A stretch of 64,000 nt of DNA from Eledone cirrhosa (lineage: Eukaryota): positions 14,508,001 through 14,572,000 of the forward strand of contig OZ024760.1 of the NCBI GenBank assembly GCA_964016885.1, in the 5' to 3' direction. The notes below the pieces were generated by a model. It was not told the origin of the DNA and did not search any database. It saw only the letters and a list, made by a program, of their open reading frames with translations. Shown piece by piece: positions 13,100 to 27,268 of the stretch (positions are counted from its first letter, which is position 1; each line of letters begins with the position of its first letter). The position numbers and the translations under genes are program-made.

Positions 13100-14770
13100 A
13101 ATATGTAAATAGGTGTGAGTATGAGAGACTGATGAATAGGGAGAATATGTGGGAGGAAAATAGCCTGCCCCAGGTGAACTCTATAGAGGGACCGGCGATG
13201 GAAGGCAGCAGCAGTGTAGTAAGTAAGATGATTAAGGATATGAAAACAGACAAAGCAGTGGGGCTATCAGGTATAGGAGCTGGAATGCTGAAAACTAAGA
13301 TGGTAGGACACACCATAACCATCCATATTGTAAACCAAGTTATACAAAATGGTCCATACCCAATGACTGACGTAGCAGCATCATCATCAACTGTTACAAG
13401 AGTAAGGGTGATGTCCTAGAGAGGGGGAACTACCGAGGCATAAAACTGATGGACCAAGTCATGAAAGATACAGAAAGTAAGATTGTACAACTGATTAGGG
13501 ATCAAATTAACCTTGATGAGATGCAGTTCACATTTGTGCCAAGAAAAAGTACCACAGATGCCCTCTTCCTTGTGAGGCAACTGCAGGAGAAGTACCTAGT
13601 TAAATGCAAACTCCTCTACTTGGCATCTGTTGACCTAGAGAAAGCTTTTGACAGGGTCCCCCATTCTGTAATCTGGTAGGCACTTAGGAAACTAGGAGTA
13701 GAAGAGATGCTTGTGAGGGTGGTACAAGCCATGTACAGAGGTGCTGTCAGAAAGGTTAAAACTAATAATGACTATAGTGAGGAGTTTAGTGTGCAAGTTG
13801 GGGTCCACCAATGTTCTGTCCTTAGCCCTCTCCTATTTATTATCATCCTCCAGGCTATAGTAGAAGAGTTTAAAGTAAGATATACTTGGTAACTCCTGTA
13901 TGCTGATGACTTATCTCTCATAGCTGAATCTATGACAGAACTAGAGAAAAAATTCCTGACCTGGAAGCATAACCTAGAATCAAAATGTCTTAAAGTCAAC
14001 CTGACAAAGACCAAAGTTCTCGTAAGAAGTAAGGAAAACAAGGCCCTGATCTGTAGAAATTCCATCCTCTGTCCCAAATGCAAACTATGGTTGCACAAGA
14101 GATGTAGTGGGACCCAAAGTAAGTTAACTAAGAACTTATGTGGTTATTGCACAGGAGCAGTAAGTAACAAGTGCTCACAGGAAACAAGTGCTATCAAATT
14201 CTTGGAAGGTTCTGTAGAAGCAGTTGACAGCTTCTGTTACATGGGTTACCAAATTGGTAGTGGAGGTGGGTGTTCGGAAAGCTCAATAGCCAGCGTGAGG
14301 ATGGGTTGGAGAAAGTTCAGGGTGCTACAACTGCTGCTAGCAACAAAAGGTATTTCCCTCAAAATGAAGGGCAGATTGCATTTATATGAGTTGTCATGTT
14401 ACATGGTAGTGAGACCTGGGCTCTGTGAGCAGAGGACCAGCAAAGATTGGAAAGGAATGGCCTGCTTTGTTGGATACATGAATGGCAAAGCATAAATGAA
14501 TTGAGAGAGAAACTAGGCATAAGAGGGATCACATGCAGTGTGCAGGAGAGGAGATTGCATTGGTATGGACATGTGATGCATATGAAGGATGACAGCTGTA
14601 TAAAAAGGTGTATGGCGGTCAAAATTGATGGTAGCTATGGAGTAGGAAGACCTAGAAAGACTTGGGATGAGACGATAAAGGCTTACAGAATTGCACCTCC
14701 CAAAGGGGATGACACGAGATCTCTAGCATTATGCGGTAATACAGAAGACCCACGTTCCCCTATGCACAGG
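13100..14770 (+). mobile_element. Degenerate RTE-clade LINE (RT region, frameshifted)
   Basis: [61 protein letters not shown]. Confidence 0.92.
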
Positions 14771-15000
14771 TTGAAGCATACATTCAGTATGCACCACTTT
14801 CCCCAACACTGTGACAACCAGCACCAGTACCACCACCACCAACATAATGACTACCACTAACAACAACACTGTCACCACTACTGCCTTTAAAACCATCATT
14901 ACCATCACCAGCATCACTTCTGCCACCATCATCACCACCACCACCACCATCACCATCACCGCCACGACCACCATCACCGCCACTACCACCACAGTTACAT

Positions 15001-15165
15001 CTATCTGCTTTCTTGATCTTTGACTGGTTTGGCTCCGTTCTGTATTGTAAAGATGCTGATTTCCGATGGCCGGATTTCTGTTGATGGAACTCTCTTGTGT
15101 AAGTATTCTGTGTTACAGTCAGTGTTGTATGTACTTCCGTTAGGGGTCTGTGTAACCATGTCCAA
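15001..15165 (-). CDS. Copy A exon 19, terminal ([11 protein letters not shown]...KDQESR*)
   Basis: (CT)n tract + ctgcag acceptor, phase 0, TAG at 15001-15003; identical in both copies. Confidence 0.72.
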   Translation of the reverse strand: MDMVTQTPNGSTYNTDCNTEYLHKRVPSTEIRPSEISIFTIQNGAKPVKDQESR

Positions 15166-18100
15166 CTGCAGAGAGAGAGACTGAGAGATGTGAGAATGTG
15201 TGTGAGAGAGAGAGAGAGAGAGAAAGATGTGAGAATGTGTGTGAGAAAGAGAGAGAGTTACTGAGAGATGAGAGAATGTGTGTGAGAGAGAGGGAGGGAG
15301 AGAGAGAGAGAGAATGAAAGAGAGGCAAAGGTTCTCAAAGTGGGAGGTCCAGGAGTCACTGGGACATAAGGGGGGTGGAGAGATGATATAATAGTATGTT
15401 AAATATCAAATATAGTAAAATAAAAAATATATAATATTTATTTATACATAATATATATTATATTATTTATTATATATGACAGCTCAATAAAAAGGTGCAG
15501 AGCACTAGAGGTCAATAGAAGCCGTGGAGTGAGGAGACCCAAGAAGATCTGGGATGAGGTGATAAAACACGGACCTTGCCCAATTGCACCTCTCAAAGGC
15601 GATGAGACAGAACCGTGACCTCTGGCGTCACGCAGTAATACAGAAGATCCAACTTCCCACGGGAACAAGCCGAAGCTGAAGGATATAGACAATATGCCCC
15701 CATCCCCTCCCACTGTAAAGTGGACGTGTAGGCACCACGGAAAAAAAGCACCCAGCACTCACTGTAAATGAGGTTGGTGTTAGGAAGGGCATCCAGCTGT
15801 AGAAATCAAGCCAGCATCAGTTCACATCTGAGCAAGACAAGGTCAGCTGATCTAACATTGCCCACAACAGGACAACCCGTCTAACCCATGCTAGCGTGGA
15901 AGAATCGATGTAAAACGGTGATGCTGATGAAATTGAGGATTTTATTTATTGATGGTGAACTGTGCCTCATCTTGTGCAAAGCACACTTTGTCTCGCTTAA
16001 GCCAGTGTGACTATGTTTTTGGTTACCTTGAATACACGTTTTGTTTGTTCTTTTTCTTCTAAAGCTATAATAACAGTCGATCAACAAGATCCCAGACCTC
16101 ATTCACTTAACGGATGGGGTAGAGTTCGTCAAATCGGATCAAGGAAACAATGTTTCCATTAGTCTTTCCAATTGCTAATACTATCTACTGGTCGCAAATC
16201 TAGGAAGAAGGAGCAACATGAAATAAAGTGTCTTGCTCAAGGACTTACAATAATAAAATGATTAAGATATTTAACCTCATCAGTGCACAGATGAAATAAC
16301 TCATCCTAACATGTTTGAACTTTTTTTCAACAGTTCATAACTTTAACGCTAAATGGGGTTACTAATTCATTGATGTGACGTTTGGCAATCATTCAGATAT
16401 GTGTTAATAAATGTTTGTTTCAAAGAATAGTTATTATACTGAAAAAAATGAAAAAAATGGCACTGCAACTGTAGCTGTGTAAAATATACACGGCAGTCAA
16501 CACTGCAACTGTAGCTGTGTAAAATATACACGGCAGTCAACAGATTAAGACTGTTTTTCCACAATGTACTGCCCCTTCAATAAAATTGAGAGGAAATAAA
16601 AATAAAAATAGAAAAAAAATCACCCCCAAAAAGAAGGGATTACCTCGTTGTCAAGGTCCAAGCCAGTGTTAGTGATACCAGACAATTTTGGTGTATTGCT
16701 TTTATGGTTTTTCTTGGTCTTTTTGATTGTTATGTCTTTTGCTGAGGAGTAAGCTGATGGTGCGAAGATACTTAATATCACCGGCAGAAACACAATACCA
16801 TGGAAGAGACCGAAAATAACAACCAGGAGGAATATCTAAGGAATATATATAAAACACAAAGACAAGGGTGAGATGAGTTGATGGAAACTTACAAAGTGGT
16901 AAGGTTGTCTCTTAAACCAGTTGTATCCGGCCAGAATTCTCTCACCTGTTTCTGTTCAAACCAATTCTAACTAGCCACGCATATATATATATATAAGATG
17001 AAATATATATATAGATGAAATGCAGTTTGGGTTTGTGGCAGGTAAAAGTACCACAGACGCTCTTTTCCTTGTACGACAACTACAAGAGAAGTACCTAGCT
17101 AAAAGTAAACCCCTCTACTTAGCTTTTGTAGACCTGGAGAAAGCTTTTGACAGAGTCCCCCGCTCCATTATCTGGTGGGCTCTTAGAAAACTAGGTGTAT
17201 ATGAATGTCTTGTGAGAGGTATACAAGCTATGTATAATGAAAGAGTCAGTAAGGTTAGAATTAACAATGAATATTGTGAAGAATTTAGCGTAAAAGTTGG
17301 CGTTCATCAAGACTCTGTCCTTAGCCCCTTCTTATTTATTATTGCCCTTCAGGCTATAACAGAGGAGTTCAAGACCGACTGCCCATAGGAACTCCTAATG
17401 ATCTAATGCTCATACCTGAATCAATGGCTGAACTAGATAAGAAATTCGAAACATGGAAGCATGGCCTAGAATCAAAAGGCCTTAAAGTTAACTTGTCTAA
17501 GACTAAAGTTCTAGTTTGTAGAAAGGAAAATAGGGCGCAGGTGCCCTCAGGGAAATGGCCATGCTCAGTGTGTAGGAAAGGAGTAGGCAGAAATTCCATT
17601 TTATGTCCCAAATGCAAAGTATGGGTACATAAAAGATGTAGTGGGATCACAGGTAAACTATCTAAGAACGTAGACTTTATATGTGGCCAATGCTCAGGTG
17701 CAATAAGTAGCAAGTGTCCAAAGGATACTAGCTCCTTCTATTGCCCAGATGGTTCTATAGAAATAATAGACACTTTCCGTTACCTGGGTGACGAAATCAG
17801 CAGTGGTGGAGGGTGTTCTGAAAGTACAGTAGCCAGAGTCAGAACGGGATGGAAAAAGTTCAGAGAGCTTATACCGCTGTTGGCCACAAAAGGTTTCTCT
17901 CTAAAAATGAAAGGCAGATTGTATGATGCCTGTATAAGAACAGCAATGCTACATGGCAGTGAGACATGGGCATTACGTGCAGAGGACCTGCATAGACTGG
18001 AAAGGAACGAAGCATGCATGCTCCGTGGATGTGTAATAGTAATATACGTGAACAGCAAAGCATAAATGAACTAAGTGAGAAATTAGGAATAAGAGGGATC

Positions 18101-20120
18101 AGATGCTGTTTACTTGAGAGAAGACTACGTAGGTATGGTCACGTGATGCGCATGAAAGACGACAGCTGCATAAAAAAGTGCAGGGTGATCAAAATTGATG
18201 GTAGTTACGGAGTAGGTAGACCCAGAAAAACCTGGGATGATCTGATAAATTCCGAGCTTACACACTTACATCTCTCTAAGACAATGTCTCTGGACCGAGA
18301 TCTTTGGCACTATGCAGTAATACAGAAGACCCGCCTTGCCTATGTACAAAGCGAAACCTACAGTCAGTAGGCACCTCTTAACCAAATATACACTCCAATC
18401 CACTACTCCTACCCTATCCTCCCACTCCTACCAACAGCACGAGATAATGAGATCGAGATCGTGTAGGTGTCACGACAAAAAACACACACAGTCCACGCTG
18501 TAATGTGGCCGTGTAGGTAACACGGTAAAAAGTTCCCAGTTCCACACTGTAAATGTGGTTGGTGTTAGGAAGGGCATCCAGCCGTAGAAAACCTGCCAGA
18601 TAGTCCTATATGAGCGAGACACGGTCACCCGACCAGCCTTGCCTCAAGTGGAACAACTCCCGTCTAACCCATGCTAGCGTGGAAAATGGACGTTAAATGA
18701 AGATGATGATGATGATAAGTATATGTATATATATTTATATGTATGTATATATATATATATAAATGAAATAAATGAATATATGTGTATATACATATATATA
18801 TTCTATTATAGCTGTAAGTTTCATGCTTAAGAAAATTTATCAAAGCATTTTGTTAAGTTTCATAAACCTATCTATAGCACAGATTGCCATCATCCCAGTA
18901 TAGGCCACCATCTCAATTGGAAAATTATCCCTTAACCCTTTGGCATTTAAACTGGCTGTAACTGGCCAGAATTCTCTCATCTCTTTCTGTTCAAACCAAC
19001 TGTAACTAGCCCATTCATACCAACGTTAACCCTTTAGCATTTAAACTGGCTGTAACAGGCCAGAATTCTCTCACCTCTTTCTGTTCAAACTGGCTGTAAC
19101 TGGCCGCTCATACTGATGTAAAAGTATTGTTCTCGAAATAAACAACATCAAAATCTCATAGATTCAATATTATGTGAGATAATTATGTAAGATAAAGCCT
19201 TTACCACAAAAATACAATAGTATATATAAAGTAATGTAAATGCTAAAGGGTTAAGGTATTGTTATCAAAATAAATAATTAGGTGAGGTAAAGCCTTTACT
19301 ATATTACCTTAAAAAACGCCTTGAAGGGGTATGTAGAACTCATGGATAAGGGTACCACAGCAATGAGGGTGCTAAATCCACCGTGGAATACAGGGGGACC
19401 TATTTCTTTCATAGTTATAATCATTCGATCTGGAAATAAAAAGTATAAAGTTAGAAGTTGGTATGTTGTTATGGTTGGTGTGGATGTTTTTGATGGTGGT
19501 GGTGTTTGAGGTGGTGATGTTGCTGATGGTAGTGATAGTAATGTTAAATGTGGTAGTAGTAGTAGTGATGTTGTTGGTGATGTTAATGTTGTTGATGCTG
19601 GTGGTGGTGGTGTTAGTAATGGTAGTCGATAATGATGATGGAGTTAATGATGATTTTGCTTGTAGCAGTAGTAGTATCAGCAGCAGCAGTAGTAGTAGTG
19701 GATGAACAAAAACAAAAACAAAAATATGAAAACATGAAAGATGCTGACTGTTATTTGCTCTTCATATATACAGGTGTGTATGTGTGAGAGTATATAGATA
19801 GGTATATATACACATGTGTCCATGTGTATATGTGTATGTGAGTATGTAGGTGAGTATATATATATATATAAGTGGAAATATCCAAGAGTAAGAGCTCTCA
19901 GTCCATAGGACGAGTTTAGTATAAAGAAAAGGTGTTTTTTTTAATTAAAAAAACAACCTTTTTCTAAATTACCTGCTCCTGTGTAAACTCTCATGTTATA
20001 TTCCCATAAGGAAAGCACAATCAACCCTAAACGGCTATCTTTAGTTTTTTTTTCTCATGACAGGCTGAATGAATTGGGGCCCAGAAACCAACAAAACTTG
20101 AGTACCTCTTTATGTTGTAA

Positions 20121-20164
<44 letters not shown>

Positions 20165-23100
20165 AGTTTTGTAGCTTGCTTGAAGCATTGTTTAATAGGA
20201 AATCTAAATCTAAATTTTGAAGACCAATACAATGCGTATGAAGAATGTTAAATTGCCAAAATAACAAAAGATAACAAAAGAATCTTACCTTAGCAAATTT
20301 AACGATCCCAAATATTTTAAAATACGTTTAAAACCCATTATAAAGGGAGTAACTCGATGAGAGACTTAATTATCGATCAGATAGACTTACTTGTGTGTGT
20401 GTGTGTGTGTGTGTTTATGTTCATGTCTGTCTGTTTTTATATCCTGTAACTTAGTAGTTCCATAGAAAAAGATTGACAGAATATGTACCAGAATTCAAAA
20501 ACAAAATTTATTTTGAAAGATAACTGCTGGAGTCAATATGGTCGACTAAATTAAGGCAGTGCACCAGCATGGCCACATTGAATAATGATTGAAATCAGTA
20601 AAAGAATAAGAGAATACTGACCATTGCTTTTGCCCTTCAATGTCATGAACGTGAAGCCAATGTGGACAGAGTAGTCTACTACGAGGCCAACTGCAATGGT
20701 CATTATCACACAGGATGTTGTATCAATGTATAGACCCCATATATTTATAAAGCCACTTACATCCACCTGAATTTTCAAAGGGGAAAAAAAAACAAAAAAA
20801 AACATTATTAAAATACAAATTTAACCCTTTAACATTTACATTAATCTATATATACTATTGTATTTTTGTGGTAAAGGCTTTATCTTACCTCATTATCTCA
20901 TACTATCGAATCTATGAGATTTTGATGTTATTTATTTTCAGAACAATACCTTAACATCAGTATGAGTGGCCAGTTATGGCCAGTTTGAACACAAAGATGT
21001 GAGGGAATTCTGGCCGGATATGACCGGTTTAAATAATTTTAAATATTTGAAAACCCTACAATGCATACAAGATTAAAAGTGCCATACATTCACACATACA
21101 TTCACACATACATTCCCACAAACACACACATACATTCACACATACATAGCATAACAAATGGAATGCCAGCTGCTATTTTGCTAATTTTTTCACCACCTAC
21201 TTCCTTCCTTTTACACACACATGCATTCACGCAGGCAGCAGACGTAAAGAGAGAGGAGTAGTATAAGGTAGTCAAACTACTCCTCTCTCTTTACTTGTAC
21301 ACACACATACATACGCACAGGCAGTAGACCTAAAGAGAGAGGGAGAGTATGAGGTAATCAAACTACTCTCCCTTTATGTGTTGTGACAGAATCACAGAAA
21401 TTTATATATCTCTTGTGACGCTAAACTCCGCCAGTTTCAGACTGCACATTAACATGTGATATCTCTCTCCACAAAGTCCGATCACCAGCAGCAGAGTTCA
21501 AAGAGCAAAGGACAAGTCCAGTCCATAGATTGACATTATCAAGCCATCGTTTTGGCTGCCGGCCTCTGCTTCTCTTACTAGCCAACCTTCCCTCCAGGCA
21601 TAACCTACTCACACCACGAGTTGATCTTTTTATATGGTCGTATAGTTTGAAATTTATATATAGATGCTTCCAAAATCTTCAACATCATCATCGTTTAACG
21701 CTAGCATGGGTTAGACGGGAATTGTCCCATTTGAAGCAAGATTGGTCAGGTGACCGTGTCTTGTTCGTATAGGACTGTCTGGCAGGTTTTCCACGGCAGG
21801 ATGCCCTTCCAACCACATTTATAGTGTGGACTGGAACCTCTTTACCGTGTTACCTACACGACCACATTACAGCATGGACTATTTTTTTTTTCATTTATTC
21901 AAATACAATGTATTTCATTATAAATACGGTAATGAAAGAGTTAAATATCAATAAAATCATCTGCTACTTACCAAAGTGAAGATCACGCTGAGGACCACTA
22001 TAAGTGATGTCATGCAATTCATTATCATTATTGTAGTAATCACAAATACTGATACAAATGCCAGACACAAGTTCTTTTTGATTTCCCATTCCAAAATCTG
22101 GAAAAAATCTCAAAAATATAACCAAATGTCAATAAAAAAACCTGCAGTAAAAATAAACATTTCCAGATTTATATATGGGCAAAATGTGTGACCACATAGG
22201 GCAGTGACTCCCAACGTGGGGTGCACACCCCACAGGGGGGCAATTTGAATATTTAACCCATTAGCATTTACATTATTCTATATTTACTATTGTATTTTCA
22301 TGGCAGGTTAGTGATTGCCAAAGTGGGGTGTACACCCCACAGGGGGCAGACTTTATACCATATTCTTGCCGTGGAAGCCAACAGAAAGAAGAGAACATCA
22401 TTGTAGGAGGGGTGTCTCCGACATTGACACTCTACTGAGTGAAACTTGAGCATCCAACACACAAGAGTTGAGGACACTTGATGGACATAGTGGACGGGGG
22501 GAAGTGTGTGAATTCTGTTGGACATTCTTGAGGACAACCAAATTGAAATTGAATACATTCTTGAAGGGGTTCAATACTTGGGAGAGAGAGAGAGAGAGGA
22601 CATGTCCCAAGTAGATCCTATAGAGTTACCAGCTATTAGAATTGACAGTAGTACAATTGAAAGTATTGTGCATACCTCCACCAAAGTATAGTTCTCAAAA
22701 TAAATAACATCAAAATCTCATAAATTCGATATTATGTGAGATAAAGCATTTACCGTGAAAACATTGAGTGTGTTTTATTATATATTTCTGGCAATATTAT
22801 TGTTTCTATTTTTGGCACAAGGCCAGCAATTATCCCAGTGTATTACTGGTACTTTATTTTATCGACCTCGTAAGAATGAAAGGCAAAGTTAACCTCGGCG
22901 GGATTTGAACTCAGACCGTAAAGGGACGTAACTACGCTGGAAAGCATGTCTGACCCTCCACCAATACTGCCAATTCACCGCCCTTTAATATTTCTGGCAA
23001 TATTATAACAATATGACCTTCCCCAAATATAACAATATTTTTTATTGTTGTTTTTTCTTATCTAGCCTAGTGGCCAGCTAAGCTTGCCCAAATGCCCATA

Positions 23101-26100
23101 AATGCTTGTCTACTTCTGATAGTATGATCGAATTTAAAGTGTGGAGTGGAAAGGAAATCATTCGGTTTATCAAAAATGTTCATCTCACCTCATTGATACG
23201 CCACTGTAGGTAGTTTTCAGACAAAACGAAACAACTTGAACGGTTGAAGTATTTTGCGACACGATCTTCTAGGTCTTTCATAATATTCATTTTCTGGAAA
23301 TTTCTTGTCACCTTTATCATTCTCATAGAAATTTTAGTGATCTGCATATGAACATTAACAAACAAAAAACAATAAATAAAAACAATGAGCACTGTCTGTT
23401 GAGTCAGTCAACTTACCAAAAAACCTGTTTTATGAAACAAAGAACTGCTTTAAAGGGTTCCTGTTTAACATTTTTTATATCAATTCACCCCAAACCAGGT
23501 CTGTTATAAAACAAACCTGACCATTTTAACCCTTTAGCATTCAAACTGGCCAGAAATCTCTCACCTCTTTCTGTTCAAACTGATGTTAAGGTATTGTTCT
23601 CAAAATAAATAATATCAAGAGCTTATAGATTCGACATTATGTGAGATAATTATGTGAAGTAAAGCCTTTACTGTGAAAATATAATAGCAAATATAAAAAG
23701 TTAAAGGCTAAAGTCTGTTTCAAGCTTGGAGGCTTATCTCGGTTTTTGTGGTGTGAAATGATTCAGAATGCAAGACTCCCTCCCGACAGGATGCTAGAAA
23801 TATGGTAATGAAAGGGTTAACCCTTTAGCATCTACATTACTCTATATTTACTATTGTATTTTTGTAGTAAGGACTTTATCTCACATAATATCAAATCTAT
23901 GAGATTTTGATATTTATTTTCAGAACAATACCTTAACATCAGTATGAGTGGCTGGTTACAGCTGGTTTGAACAGAAAGAAGTGAGAGAATTCTGGCCAGA
24001 TATGGCTGGTTTAAATGCTAAAGGGTTAAAGTATTTATATTTATCTAAAAAGCCATCCATTATAATTCTATGTAAAAGCTTTTGTTAAGTTATATTCCAA
24101 ACAACAGCCAAATAATGAGAAAGTTAGTTATATTATGAAATCCCTCCAAATTCTCTATTTTCAAGATAATTTGAAAATTATAGGGAACATTTTTATTCAC
24201 AGTTTTATAAATAACATTATAAATTGTTTATAATTCTTAAAAAATGAAAATATAAACACATGTAATTGTTTCTACATTTGGCACAAGGCCAGCAATTATC
24301 CCAGTGTATTACTGGTGCTTATTTTATTGACCCCCGTAAGGATGAAAGACAAAGTTAACCTCGGCGGGATTTGAACTCAGACCATAAAGGGTCGTAACTC
24401 TTTGCTGCAAAGCATGGCGTCAGACCCTCTACCAATTCTGCAAATCCACCGCCCTCAAAAATAAATACATATAAATACATATAATAAATGCAATTAATTA
24501 TTGCTCGGAACCTCACAAATATAATGCACAAAATTATATGATCAAAGTGAGAGTAAAAGAAAAAGAACAAAACAAAAACAACCATCAATTCACCACCAAG
24601 TGTGACAAATGGCTGTACGCCTCAAGAGTCAATGGAAAAGTTCAAGGTAAGCGAACATGCTAGCAACATTACCGTGAGTGATGGCAAGGCTAAGGCACTG
24701 AAACAATCAGACACACTCAGAAGCATCATCTGACACGTCAGTAAGGTGAACAACCAATGGGGACAAGAACTTCGCTGAGAGCGACCCAACTCCACCAGTG
24801 ACTCTCACAATTACCGCGACATCCATGGTATGGGAGGTAGCAAGGGAGTCACCGATTGTGGCATACCAGATGAGACATCTGCCTCTTATCCAGGGACAAA
24901 GGGTAAGGCCATCTGGTCTCTTCCCATCTATTCTGGATAATCCAGCTGACTCCAGAAGTGTGGGGATATTTACCTGAGATAGGGTCTGCTTAATGATCAG
25001 GTTTAGCTTGGTGTGGCGGGTGAAGTTACCATCATTCTGGCAGCAGGACAAACCATGGAGGCTTGTGGAGTCAAGGGACCTACTACAGCGCCATCTCAGA
25101 CCCCCACAGACATCGGCTCCCACTCAGAGTGCAATGGAGATGCAGAGCTCATGCACTATATTTGTGAGGTTCCTAGCAATAATTAACTGTGTTTATATTT
25201 TCATTCGGTAAGAATAATAAATGATTCATAATGTTATTTATATAAAGCAACGAATTGGCAGAATCATTAGAATGTCAGATAGAATGCTTTATGGTATTTG
25301 TTCTAGCTCTCTGAGTTCAAATCCCACTGAGGGCAACTTTGCCTTTCATCCTTTTGAGGTCGATAAAAAAGTACCAGTTTAATATTGGGGTCGATTCTTC
25401 CTCTATATCTCTTTCTCATTTCCTCTCTCTCACTTTCTATCTTTCTTTTGAAGAAATCTGTTGTACTCAGACCTGGAGAGGGATGGGCTCCGCCAGGTTT
25501 AAAATGACCAACAAATGGTGTATGTCAATATGGTGCCCCCTACAACTCTATCAGAAGTTACAGAAGAAAGGAAAGGGAAAAAACTGCAAATAAAAAAAAT
25601 GTTGTATGAAGAAATCTAATATAAAAAAAAAAAACAATGTCTTTCATTAAAAATATGGTAATGAAAGGGTTAATGTGTTTATATTTATTTAAAAACCTTC
25701 CATCATAATTTTATGTAATAAACTTCAATATGATATGTTCCATGAGAAATATGATGTTGAAAGGGTTGAAGTGTTTATATTTATCAAAAAACATTTCACT
25801 ATAATTTTATGTAAGAACCTTTATTCTGTTATGTTCCTTTAGAAATATAATTGTTTCTACTTTTGGCACAAGGCCAGTAATTACCCAGTACATTACTGGT
25901 ACTTTATTTTATCGACCCCGTAAAGATAAAAGGCAAAGTTAACCTCAACGGGATTTGAACTCAGACCGTAAAGGGACATAACTATGCTGGAAAGCATGGT
26001 GTCCGGACAAAACAATGTAACTACTCACTGGAAATGATATTCTTCTGTTGAAACAGTTCATTTTTTGGGGCGGCAATGTGCAGATGGAATGATCAAAAGG

Positions 26101-26499
26101 GTTGCAGGATGTTTTATAATTAATTGGAGAGTTATTTGTGGTGTTGCCATCTATGCATTTTCCTGATTTGCAGTTGCAATTCAGCATGTAATTTTCATAG
26201 CAATTGCAACTACTTACAAAAGACGATGTGTTCAAGGTGACTTTGCAGTTTTTGATGTCTAGAGGTGAAGGAAACATTGATGATTCACAGAGTGTTGGTG
26301 GGCAAATGTAGGACTTCTTCACCAAGCTCAAGCAGGTATATTTTATTTGTCGTTCGATGAACCAATGGTAAGGTTTGGCCTTAGGTGATAACCAAAACCT
26401 ATCCATTAATTCCTCAAAGTAGTTGAAGGTACTGTTGAATTCTGATACAGAAGAAAAATATTATTTTTATCAACAACCTCCACAAATAAACAAATATAA

Positions 26500-26564
<65 letters not shown>

Positions 26565-26886
26565 TTGTCCCCCAGTAGTCGCAGGGGTTATGTCCCTAGA
26601 GCACCTGTGAAGAGTGAAAAACTGCGAATATTGGACATGGTCCATAAAATGCCTATAAATGTCAAAATATAACGTAAAATATAATAAAAAAAAAGAGGGA
26701 CCATCTTATGCAAAGGGGTATCCAATAGGCCAGCAAATATGGTATATTTTTGTCAATAATTTAGCATTAAAAAAACCATTAAAAGAATCGAGGAATATAT
26801 TTATGATTCCATGAATATGCGGTGGTTTCCACGAACACAATTATTAGTTAGGTTCTAAAGAAAATTCCGCGAATGCCGGAGGTACA

Positions 26887-26958
<72 letters not shown>

Positions 26959-26979
26959 TGTTATACTTTGGGAGGTACA

Positions 26980-27033
<54 letters not shown>

Positions 27034-27068
27034 TGTTATACTTTGGGAGGGTCATGTTGCCAGAAACG

Positions 27069-27105
<37 letters not shown>

Positions 27106-27228
27106 AATGAAAGTATAGAAATTATTGTGAGCGTGAAGCCAACAGTATTTCATAATATATAAGTGACTATAACGTCAAAATGGAAAAATAGTTAACGTAA
27201 GATGTGGGAAAATAATTCAAACTCAATT

Positions 27229-27268
<40 letters not shown>

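Larger units (their letters stand above)
1..21997. repeat. Large inverted duplication: arm 1..~6170 mirrors ~14940..21997, non-mirrored spacer ~6170-14940
   Basis: Position 1 (tggtcctcag) is the reverse complement of the 10 nt ending at 21997; exons and introns align in inverted orientation with several indels. Confidence 0.95.
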
